From IMG/VR virus record IMGVR_UViG_3300037507_003993: 20,000 bases of DNA. One strand, 5' to 3'. Under the pieces are notes generated by a model. The model was not told where the DNA came from. It worked only from the letters and a program-made list of their open reading frames with translations, and made no database searches. How positions within the stretch are numbered: the first letter of the stretch is position 1; every line of letters begins with the position of its first letter. Of this stretch, positions 7,123 through 16,000 are shown piece by piece. Source of the DNA: an uncultured virus (IMG/VR IMGVR_UViG_3300037507_003993) (taxonomy: Duplodnaviria > Heunggongvirae > Uroviricota > Caudoviricetes). Made by a program: the position numbers and the translations under genes.

Positions 7123-7677
7123 GTGAATAACACAGAAACATCTTTAATTAATCCTTCTTTGCTGAAGCCGGCTACATGGAGGGCAAATTATATTCTCAAG
7201 CCTGACCTTAAAGTGCTTATTTCTTCAATCGAAAAATACGGACTTTTAAGCCCAATCATTGTGCAGAAAAAATCAAACGTGATAATTGATGGCCATCAAA
7301 GAGTGATTGCAATATCTCAATCCAAGGCGCTGACTAAGCAGTACTCAAAATCAATCACCTGCATCGAATTGGACATATCAGATTTGGACGCAATGATTCT
7401 CCACGTCCAAATAAATCGCGGTCGAGGTTCGGTTGTTGCTAAACGGATGTCCGACATTGTCAAGAAGATACATCAAAGTAGAGTTTATTCGATGGATGAA
7501 CTAGACGAGATTTTTAATATGACCGTTCAGGAATCCGACATGATGCTCGACGGTTCACTGGTTAAAATGCGCAAGGTTAAAGAACACGCCTACTCGAGTG
7601 CGTGGGTTCCAATCGAAGCACCTGCAAAATCATCTGACAAAATCGTGTTAGAGAAGCCACCAAACCAGGACCGTTGA
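7123..7677 (+). CDS. ParB/Srx-like N-terminal domain protein (IbrB-like)
   Basis: LISSIEKYGLLSPIIV...IIDGHQR ParB-N motif. INRGRG and C-terminal YSSAW resemble IbrB-type proteins. Confidence 0.8.
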   Translation: MNNTETSLINPSLLKPATWRANYILKPDLKVLISSIEKYGLLSPIIVQKKSNVIIDGHQRVIAISQSKALTKQYSKSITCIELDISDLDAMILHVQINRGRGSVVAKRMSDIVKKIHQSRVYSMDELDEIFNMTVQESDMMLDGSLVKMRKVKEHAYSSAWVPIEAPAKSSDKIVLEKPPNQDR

Positions 7678-7704
7678 CACACCTAGAATCCAATGGTGTA
7701 AACT
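7674..7704 (+). promoter_or_regulatory. Possible promoter for the neck/tail operon
   Basis: TTGACA (7674-7679) and TAAACT (7699-7704). The 19-nt spacer is suboptimal. Confidence 0.35.
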
Positions 7705-7729
7705 TTAGTCAAACGCTGAAGAGGTAGCC

Positions 7730-7945
7730 ATGGAACAGAACACCGTCAGAGATAGAGAAATCGGTGCATTGACAAGAAGAAATCCGATAACCGGAGGTAA
7801 TCGTCCTGCATGGTGGCGTCGGGCCACAGCCTACGGCTTGAATCGTCTTGCTGACGCCGTGTCTGGTCAAAGAACAACGCAGTCCGGCACCGGTCGAGCG
7901 CTTTTGAGGGAAAGACGAAGGCTGAATCTGGCAAGAGCCACGTGA
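7730..7945 (+). CDS. Small Arg-rich protein, 71 aa
   Basis: GAGG SD upstream; fills the gap before the adaptor gene; 15 Arg and no Lys. Confidence 0.7.
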   Translation: MEQNTVRDREIGALTRRNPITGGNRPAWWRRATAYGLNRLADAVSGQRTTQSGTGRALLRERRRLNLARAT

Positions 7946-7952
7946 GGTCTTA

Positions 7953-8807
7953 ATGCTTGTTACTGCTTCTGATTTAGCAATTTACATGGACGTCAAGTTC
8001 AGTTTGCGGCAACTTGATGCTGCTGAATTTGTGCTGAATGGTCTCCAGAGTGAGCTTGAGGCTTTTTTGCGTAGGCCGGTAGAAGTTGCCGAGCATACGG
8101 AGCAACATGTAATACCAAGTTATTTTCAAGGAGTTCCAGCCACTTCTTTTTTCTACGACCAATCGCTGGACACTACGGACAGTGGATTGAACTATATTCA
8201 GCCTTCGATTGTTCTTAGCTTAAGAAACACACCTGTCGTAACCATAAAAAGTGTTTCGATTGGAAATCTTTCACAAGTGCCAATATTCATGGCCGAAGCA
8301 AAGATGCGTACAGCGACAATAACCGGTGCATCACAGTCTGGAACGGTGGTCACATTTAGCGCTGCAAATACTTTCACGAAGGGTCAGAGAGTTGTTGTTA
8401 CAGGAGTAACTCCAAACTCATACAATAAATCTTCATTTGAAATTACCGCAGTAACAAGTACAACTTTTTCTGTTGGCGGTTATCAGAGCGGGTTGTCCGC
8501 TTATGTATCTGGCGGAACCGTAACTGCAACCGGAAACGACTACACAGTTCATAGATACGGAATTGAGTTGTACAGAGGTTTTCCTAACGACGTTGTTGAA
8601 ATTGTCTACACCGGCGGCCTTGATGGTGAAGCGATTCAGATGTTTAAACTATTTATTCTTCGTGCTGCCACAAGAGAAATGCAAAATATGCACGATGACG
8701 TTGTTGGAGTTAAAGACTTAACGACAAGAAATGTTGCCCCTCTTGAAACTGGTTTTTCAGAGAGAGAACTTCTTGCTCTACGTAGGTGGAGAAGGCGACG
8801 CATTTAA
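7953..8807 (+). CDS. Head-to-tail adaptor/connector protein with inserted beta-rich domain
   Basis: N-terminal MLVTASDLAIYM...ELEAFLRRP, VEIVYTGG and C-terminal ELLALRRWRRRRI are typical of gp6/gp15-like adaptors. It is the first gene of the neck module. Confidence 0.7.
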   Translation: MLVTASDLAIYMDVKFSLRQLDAAEFVLNGLQSELEAFLRRPVEVAEHTEQHVIPSYFQGVPATSFFYDQSLDTTDSGLNYIQPSIVLSLRNTPVVTIKSVSIGNLSQVPIFMAEAKMRTATITGASQSGTVVTFSAANTFTKGQRVVVTGVTPNSYNKSSFEITAVTSTTFSVGGYQSGLSAYVSGGTVTATGNDYTVHRYGIELYRGFPNDVVEIVYTGGLDGEAIQMFKLFILRAATREMQNMHDDVVGVKDLTTRNVAPLETGFSERELLALRRWRRRRI

Positions 8808-9268
8808 TGGACATTGAAATAGGCGTAAGTACCAGGGGAATGGGGTCCGCCATTGCCAGGCTTGGGGCCATGTATTCTCGCGCCCAAGTGCTCACTCCGG
8901 TGTTGATAAAAGCAAAACAAGAAGTGCGTATGGCAAATGCTGCAAACTTTACAAGTAATGGTCTCCTGGTTGGCGGGTGGAGACCGCTTGATGCTCAATA
9001 TGCATCGTGGAAGATGACTCGATTCCCCGGTATGCCACCGATGATAAGGACTGGAAAATTATTCGCATCTCTTTCTGGTGCCAACGGCTCGATTGACACA
9101 ATGACGAATACATCTTTTTCTACTGGAACGTCTGTGGAATATGCAAAGTTTCATCAGTATGGAACTACAAAAATGCCAAAAAGAAAAATTGTATTTGAGC
9201 CACCGCTGTTTGCCAAAAAGCTCGGCGGCGATACTGTTTCATACATTGCAAACGGCGAGGTGTTCTGA
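8807..9268 (+). CDS. Virion morphogenesis / tail completion protein (Mu gpG / P2 gpS-like)
   Basis: WRPL...MIRTGKLFASL...GTSVEYAKFHQYGTTKMPKR motif. ATG 8807 is coupled via TAATG. Confidence 0.8.
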   Translation: MDIEIGVSTRGMGSAIARLGAMYSRAQVLTPVLIKAKQEVRMANAANFTSNGLLVGGWRPLDAQYASWKMTRFPGMPPMIRTGKLFASLSGANGSIDTMTNTSFSTGTSVEYAKFHQYGTTKMPKRKIVFEPPLFAKKLGGDTVSYIANGEVF

Positions 9269-9903
9269 TGCCAGCAGAATTAATGTACGGAGCTCAATTT
9301 GCAAAGTCATTCGTAAACGACTATTTAACCGACGACATTCCGCGCAGATTGATTAGGTATAGAAATGGTTGGAATTTATCCGAGGATGAACTTCCAAGCC
9401 CAGCAGAGTATCTAACATATGAACCGGTTGCTCTCGACTCTTGGCCAACGATAATTACTGTTGCCATATCTACGCGTTCGTTCAATCGTGTCGGGTATGG
9501 TATAGGGGCTGACCCGGTATATAAAGTGAATTACTCAATGAGAACATATATTTGGGTAAGAACCGATGGCTCAAAAGAAACCACCGAGATGCGAGACAGA
9601 CTCACCACCGTTGTCCGCTCTGCTCTTTTGGATTACCCATGTCTGCAGCGGGAGGGCGCAGAGAGGGAGGCTCGCATAGAGGAAACCACCGTGGTTGAAG
9701 AGTTCTCCGACCTTACGATGTTAAAGGGCGACCGAGTTCTTGCTGGAGCCTACATAGGGTATGACTTATCTATTGACGAAGTTATAGCTCGCGACAATAT
9801 TGCTGATGAGGTTATTGAATTCGGCTTAACTGTTGGTCAAAACCCACTAACTGCACTTATTTCTAATTTTACAAACGCGGCAAGCATTTCAATAGGCGAG
9901 TAA
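9268..9903 (+). CDS. Putative tail terminator / neck protein
   Basis: Coupled by TGATG and located between tail completion and sheath genes. Function is inferred from synteny. Confidence 0.55.
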   Translation: MPAELMYGAQFAKSFVNDYLTDDIPRRLIRYRNGWNLSEDELPSPAEYLTYEPVALDSWPTIITVAISTRSFNRVGYGIGADPVYKVNYSMRTYIWVRTDGSKETTEMRDRLTTVVRSALLDYPCLQREGAEREARIEETTVVEEFSDLTMLKGDRVLAGAYIGYDLSIDEVIARDNIADEVIEFGLTVGQNPLTALISNFTNAASISIGE

Positions 9904-9907
9904 AATC

Positions 9908-10270
9908 GTGAGTGGTGAAATCGACTTTGTTGGTCTTGGGGAAAAAATAAACGAAATACCTGTTGAATATGCAGGATTTATGCAAATTCAAAACCTTTCC
10001 CCAAAAATGCTCAAAGTAACCAACGACGCCTATTTGCTAAGCCGGGCGTCTGCTTTGGTGAAAGCCGACAACGAAAAAGTATTAATTTTAATTGACAAAG
10101 GTTTGGTTCTCCTGGTTGAAACCCCAGCTGCAAAAGAAGCAAAACATGTCGAGAAACCAAAATCTCGCAAAAAAGTCAAAAAAGAAATAGAAGCGCACCA
10201 AGACCACGTACTTGAAAACTTAAGTCATCTTTTTGAGGGTTCAGACAAAAACGTACGCCAAACACCTTGA
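9908..10270 (+). CDS. Hypothetical protein, 120 aa
   Basis: ORF fills the gap before the sheath gene and has a Lys-rich C-terminal part. Confidence 0.65.
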   Translation: MSGEIDFVGLGEKINEIPVEYAGFMQIQNLSPKMLKVTNDAYLLSRASALVKADNEKVLILIDKGLVLLVETPAAKEAKHVEKPKSRKKVKKEIEAHQDHVLENLSHLFEGSDKNVRQTP

Positions 10271-10336
10271 GTAACCACCTATAATTTCAGTAGTCTCATA
10301 CGAAATAGTTCCTGAAAGAAATGGGACGGAGGAAAA

Positions 10337-11794
10337 ATGCCAGGTATAGTTGTTACAACGGCGGTCCGCACTGGTCCAACCAATACGCAAACCGCGCCAA
10401 CAGCGACGTTGTTTGTTGCTGGAGTAACGGAGAGGGGCCCAGACGGCACTTCACACCTCGTTACCAGCCTTTCGGACTTCGAAGATATTTTTGGCGGGTA
10501 CACATCATCGGGTTACACGCACCAGACGATTGAAACATTCTTTGAAGAGGGCGGCGCACGTGCTTATGTTTCACGCGTCGTCGACGAATCGGCCGCTGAG
10601 GCAAGCCTTGCTCTTGCCGATTCCTCTGCTGCAACATGCATAAACCTTCTTGCCTCCGGAACTGGCACTTGGGCTAACAGCGGTGGATTGACTGCTCAAG
10701 TTGAGCAACCAACTGCGAGCGTGAATTTCAGAATTAAAGTTCGCGTTAACGGAACCCTGGTTTACACGACAGAAAATCACACAAGCCCAGCAAATGCTGT
10801 TAATGAAATCAATAACAGCGCAACAGCTGCCCTGTACTTAACGGCCACGACTGGTGCATCAACGAATATTCCTGCTGTTGTTGCCGCAACAAACTTTACT
10901 GGTGGCACAAATGGAAGCTCGTTAGTTGCAGCAGACCTAGAAGATGCGTTGGACACATTCACCAACAATCTTGGACCAGGTGCAGTTGCTGCTCCGGGCT
11001 TCTACGCAGAGGCAATGAGAGATTTGGTATTTGCTCACGCAGCTTCCAATAACAGAATCGCTTTGACATCATTCGATGAGGGCACGTCTGTTGCTACAGC
11101 AATCTCCGAGGCTGCAAATCACACTGGCGACGATAATGCGCCATATGGTGCGTTTTTCTACCCATGGGTAAAGATTCCAAACGGAACACTCACAATGATG
11201 GTTCCACCAGAAGGTTATGTTGCTGCCAAGAGAGCACGCGTACATAATCTTTACGGTCCGTGGAACCCTTATGCAGGTGAAAGAACAGAAGCTACATTTG
11301 TGACTGGCCTTGAGACATCGCTCTCAAAGACAGATTCAGACAACCTTGATGAGAACTTTATCAACGCGATTAAAATCATCAATGGCAGTGCGAGAATCTA
11401 CGGAGCTCGTTCCGCCTCTGACGACACAGCAAACTTTAGATTCATCATCTCTCGCGAGGTTCTGAATCAGATTGTCTATGAAGCAGAGAGCGCACTTGAG
11501 GCTCTCCTCTTCTTGCCAATCGACGGAAGACAGTCGACATTCTCACGAGTTCGCGCAACACTGACAGCCATCATGGAAAGAATCCGTTTGGCTGGCGGTC
11601 TGTACGAGGCGTTTGATGCAAACGGTAAGCAGCTTGACCCTGGCTACACAGTTCAGGTGAACAATGCAAACAACCCGCTTACTCAGTTGGCAACTGGCGT
11701 AATCAAGGCCAAGGTTGGCGCTCGAGTTTCTTCAATCGGTGACACGATTGAGGTCGAGATTACAAAGTCAAACCTGACTTCAACATTGGTCTAA
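10337..11794 (+). CDS. Contractile tail sheath protein
   Basis: MPGIVV start, FVAGVTERGP, FEDIFGG, FFEEGGARAYVSRV, YGAFFYPWV...VPPEGYVAA, INAIK...RIYGARS. Strong GGAGG SD. Confidence 0.93.
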   Translation: MPGIVVTTAVRTGPTNTQTAPTATLFVAGVTERGPDGTSHLVTSLSDFEDIFGGYTSSGYTHQTIETFFEEGGARAYVSRVVDESAAEASLALADSSAATCINLLASGTGTWANSGGLTAQVEQPTASVNFRIKVRVNGTLVYTTENHTSPANAVNEINNSATAALYLTATTGASTNIPAVVAATNFTGGTNGSSLVAADLEDALDTFTNNLGPGAVAAPGFYAEAMRDLVFAHAASNNRIALTSFDEGTSVATAISEAANHTGDDNAPYGAFFYPWVKIPNGTLTMMVPPEGYVAAKRARVHNLYGPWNPYAGERTEATFVTGLETSLSKTDSDNLDENFINAIKIINGSARIYGARSASDDTANFRFIISREVLNQIVYEAESALEALLFLPIDGRQSTFSRVRATLTAIMERIRLAGGLYEAFDANGKQLDPGYTVQVNNANNPLTQLATGVIKAKVGARVSSIGDTIEVEITKSNLTSTLV

Positions 11795-11822
11795 GAAAAT
11801 AAAGTAAAGACACGGAGGAATT

Positions 11823-12272
11823 ATGGCAATTTCCACAAAATTGGCACAGCGACAAATCATCGCAGAAATCACGCCAGTTAGCGGCGCGGTTACTGGGCCG
11901 ACCCTTTCGGGGTATTTCGCTCAGGTGTCCGGTGGAGAAATCACAGCCGCTGTAGAAAAAATTTACATCGGTGGGCAGGCTTTCCCGGAAGTTCTTTGCG
12001 CCCCATCAGAAGTAGGCGACGTCACACTAACCAAGCATTATGATGCCGACATGCGCGTCCTAATCAACCAGGTTCGTCCTGTTGTTGGTCGTGCTTACTA
12101 TGACATCAAGATTTACGACACTGACTGCGACCTGAAGAATCTTCAGTCGGAGCGTGTTTATGCAGGTGCCTTGCTTGTTGGCTTATCGGAGCCAGAAGGT
12201 GATGCCTCATCTGGTGCGCCAGCGACGATTGCTCTTACGTTTGCAATCTCCGGTGTTCCTGCTCAGGCATAA
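11823..12272 (+). CDS. Tail tube protein
   Basis: 149 aa directly after the sheath gene; FAQVSGG...GDVTLTK pattern of gp19-like tubes; GGAGG SD. Confidence 0.8.
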   Translation: MAISTKLAQRQIIAEITPVSGAVTGPTLSGYFAQVSGGEITAAVEKIYIGGQAFPEVLCAPSEVGDVTLTKHYDADMRVLINQVRPVVGRAYYDIKIYDTDCDLKNLQSERVYAGALLVGLSEPEGDASSGAPATIALTFAISGVPAQA

Positions 12273-12329
12273 TCAAAATATCTAATTGACATCCACTACT
12301 GGCCTGGTGCCAGTGCTAGTGTTTGCAAC

Positions 12330-12851
12330 ATGACAAACTCATTTTACTCAGAAGACTCAAATTCCTCTTTAGATTCTGGCGTGTCTGGTGAAGATTCAGA
12401 TAACGTTCTGGAGCAACTCACAGCCGTGATTAGCAAGAAGGTTTCGCGACCCGATGTATTCATCAATGTCCCAGAGCGACCAGGCGTAACTCTGCTCATC
12501 AGCCCAAACATCACGCAGCAGCAAGTTAAAGCATGGCAAAAGAATGCTGGTTCTGATTCAAAGACTGGTCTTGACGCAACAAGATTTGCATGTCAAGTCA
12601 TTGGTCACACCACAAGAGGAATTTACTTCAACAGTGAAGAGGTTCTAGAGAATGGGAAATCTCTTGGATTTGCTTCTCCGGCAATTCTTAAAATGACCGG
12701 TGCAGCGCGAGCACTACCGGATGCAGTTCAGAAGTTTTTTGGACTTGACCCACACGTAGAGGCAGCAGCGTTAACAATTATTGATGCAGCGGGCTTCGGT
12801 GATACGGTTGAACAGCAAGAAAACCCTACGAATCCGTCCTCAACGAATTAA
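12330..12851 (+). CDS. Tail assembly chaperone (short, gpG-like form)
   Basis: Lies between tube and tape measure genes and ends in ENPT at a slippery site. Confidence 0.8.
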   Translation: MTNSFYSEDSNSSLDSGVSGEDSDNVLEQLTAVISKKVSRPDVFINVPERPGVTLLISPNITQQQVKAWQKNAGSDSKTGLDATRFACQVIGHTTRGIYFNSEEVLENGKSLGFASPAILKMTGAARALPDAVQKFFGLDPHVEAAALTIIDAAGFGDTVEQQENPTNPSSTN

Positions 12852-13018
12852 CCGACGATAGTCGAATAGTTACAGCCGCCCGACTAGGGGAGGTGTTTGG
12901 GACGGACCCAATAAGAATTCTAGATTGCTCATTCGAAGAATGGATAATACGCCTTGCGTGTGCTAAAGTTATTGAGGCAGACCGTGAGGCAGCTGAGCGT
13001 AAGTCTCAGGGGTATTAG
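12821..13018 (+). CDS. Tail assembly chaperone -1 frameshift extension (gpT-like); fusion spans 12330-13018, ~229 aa
   Basis: In-frame heptamer A AAC CCT (12821-12827). The -1 frame reads PYESVLNELTDDSRIVTAARLGEVFGTDPIRILDCSFEEWIIRLACAKVIEADREAAERKSQGY* and has no ATG. Confidence 0.8.
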   Translation, partial: KPYESVLNELTDDSRIVTAARLGEVFGTDPIRILDCSFEEWIIRLACAKVIEADREAAERKSQGY

Positions 13019-13047
13019 CGAATGAGATTTATTACCTAGGTAGGGTC

Positions 13048-16000
13048 ATGGCTGACGAAATCGTAAATTTAAATGTTGACGTTGACGTCAAAGGTGATAA
13101 TAAGCTACTTACTACCGCGGCAAAACTTACGGCCCTCGATGCTGCATCAAAACGCTTAGAGAACAGAACCAATCGACTTACTGGTGCTATGGGCAGGCTG
13201 AACCTGCAGATGACGACCACAAGCAAAGGCGTCACAAAGTTTTCCAAGCAGCTGAATCTCGTCGAAAAAATTGGTGCCAAATTTTTGAAAATGGCCCGCC
13301 TGCTCATGTTTAGCGTCATAGCTTTGGGTATTGAATTCGGTATTTCAGCCCTTGCGCTGGCAAGCGTTAACGCTGCTTTTGCTGTCGGGAAAATTGTTGC
13401 GCAGGCATATAACTATTTAATGCAAGCCCTGGCTGGGACCGTTGCTGCGGTTGGAGTTGCGGCAATTGGTGCAGCTGCGGCGTTTAAGGAATTTCAAGCA
13501 GCCCAGTTTGCATTTAGATACAAAGATTCAAAAGAGCTTGGCTCCGCTCTTGACCAGTCTGGCTCTGGACTAAGAAGTTTGTACAAGGACGCCACGTTGG
13601 CCTCAATGGGCGTGCAAGCACTTGCTGGTGCTTTTGCTGCTGTGAATAAGCATTCCGCTTTCACTCCGGCCTCTAAAGCTGCACTAAAAGCCATGGCCGA
13701 CTTTGTTCAATCAAGCGGTGACCCCCAAAATGCTCTACAGGCGGCTGGTTCTTTGGTGGGAATATTGCAAAAAGAAAAGAAGTTTACTGCCGAAGCTCTT
13801 CAAGCAGTAAAAGCAATTAGTCCGGAGTTTGAAAAAGCATTTAAAAAAGGAAATTACAAGGACTACAGAAAGTTCTTGGAAGACCTTCAAAGCGGGAAGC
13901 TAGCCCTAGACGCTGGAGTCTCTGGGCAATCTGGGACTATGGCTCAGACCCTGGTTGGTCAATTCAGAACTTATCTGAGTTCGGCGTTGGTAGAAATGTC
14001 TGATGTTGGTGTTCGTGTACTCGAGCCAATCAAGAAGGCAATGTCTGACATTTACTTCGGCCTAGAACGAACATTTAGAAGAATTTCTGGGGACCTCGTC
14101 ACATTTGGACAGGGTCCGTTTTTATCCTCGTTGGTGAAGTTCACAGAGAAACTAGAAGATTTTACTGTCGTTTTGTTTAGAAAATTTCTTCCTGCGACAG
14201 AGGGTTTTTGGAGAAGAACAACCGATTTTTTTAAAGGCTTTGCAATTTATTTTAGAGAAGTTCGTGACGCCTTGGACCCCCTGCGCGAGGGCGGCTCCAT
14301 AGTAATTAAGACTTTCGGAAAACCGATTGTTGAAATATTTAAGCAAATTGGGCTTGGCGTAAAAGCGCTTTCTGCACAAGCGGTTAAATATGAACCGTTA
14401 TTCCTTGCATTTGGTGACTCAATGAAGAGCGTAGTTGTCGGATTTTTTGAAATTATGCGAGCACTTCGAGAGGTGTTCGCCAGAGCGCTACCGATAATAA
14501 ACCCGGTCGTTGCTGCACTTGGCAAGCTCATGTCAACTCTTGCATCTATTATAAACATGCTTAGCGGCAAGACTGGAAGCGGTGGCTCTTCGGCAATTGT
14601 TGCGCTACTGGGAATGTTTGCATTTAAAGGACGTCGTGCAGCAAGGTTTCAGCGCAGCAGGGGAATAGGTGATGAATTTGGCAACGTGGGTCTTTCTTCT
14701 AAGCAGGCAATCTACTCCGGCCATAAATTCTCAACAATGGGAACGAATGTTGGTGGAGGTGGGGCCGCCAATCAAGGTCAGCTCGGCTCGATAGCTGGAG
14801 CGATGTCTAGCGCCGGACAGGCAGCAGGGACAGCAGCAAGTGCTGCTATAGCGCCAGGGGCAAGCGCGTTGACTGCCGCCGGCGCATCTCTTCAGGGTGC
14901 TGCGGCTGCCATTACCGGCGCGGCAATGGGAGGAACCCTCCGTGGTGGAATGGGTGGTGGAACGGTTGACAGAGCAACCGGAAGATATAAAACATTGCCG
15001 GCGAGAAAACCAGGACAATCAAATGCGGACTATCAGCGCGACATCAATGCGTACGTCACAAGAAACAGAGGCGTAACCGATTTACCCCTAGAGCAAAGAG
15101 GGTATAAGGCTCCGAGTTTAGGCACGAATCGGTCAGCAAAAGACCTTCTCGGCCGCAAAGACCAAGATTCTACAAACATTTTTGGTAGACGACGTGGCGT
15201 CACACCAGACTATGAAAACATAGGTCAGAGAATGATGACGCGTGAGCAATACCAAGCCTCAGAGCGTATGAGAAGGATGAAGCTTAGGCCGAATGCCCCA
15301 CAGGGACCGCATAGCAATCTGATGGACAATTCTGCGTTTAGGTACAGAACAGACCAGTCCCTCCAGGCGTCTGGGTTTTTTCCTGGCAGGCCGATTCGAC
15401 CGGGCATTAGGGGGCGTCTTGCGGCAATCCCTAGCCGTATTAATGCACTGCCCGGCGTAGTTGAACTTGAGAAAAAATTGCTTGGTAGAGCAAAAAGCTA
15501 TGGCAGTTTTTTGCTCAACGGCACCCCAACTGTTTCTGGCGCGATGGGCGGGATGGGTGGCATAACTGGACAACAGGCTGCCGGAACCGGAACAAACAAT
15601 TACAACAACACCGCCAGAAGAGGTGGTCTTCGTGGTTTTGCTGGAAGAACACTGCTTGGCCAGTCTTATAACGAAGGTGGCTATAGAGGATTCAGGGATA
15701 CAATCAGAAACCAAAGCGGAATGGGGCAGTTAGGACCCGGTAATGGCTTATTGGGTAGAGCCTACAATTCCGCAAAGGGTGGGAACTTTGGTCAGGGATA
15801 CAGAAACGCAAGATTGAATTTTAATGAAGCCAAGAAGGCTGGACAAATTCCTGCAAACGCAAAGTTCAGCAGGCTTCAAGGGATGAAAGCTGGTGCAAAG
15901 TATAGCTTGAGCGGCGCAGGCATGGTTGCTGGCATGGGAGCTAGTTACTTGGCTAGCAGATATGGCACAGAAGAAGCACAGGGCGGAATGCAAATGGGCG

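Noticed and set aside
12286..12291. TTGACA as the -35 for the chaperone gene
   Set aside because: It lies 25 nt from the nearest good -10, which is too far.
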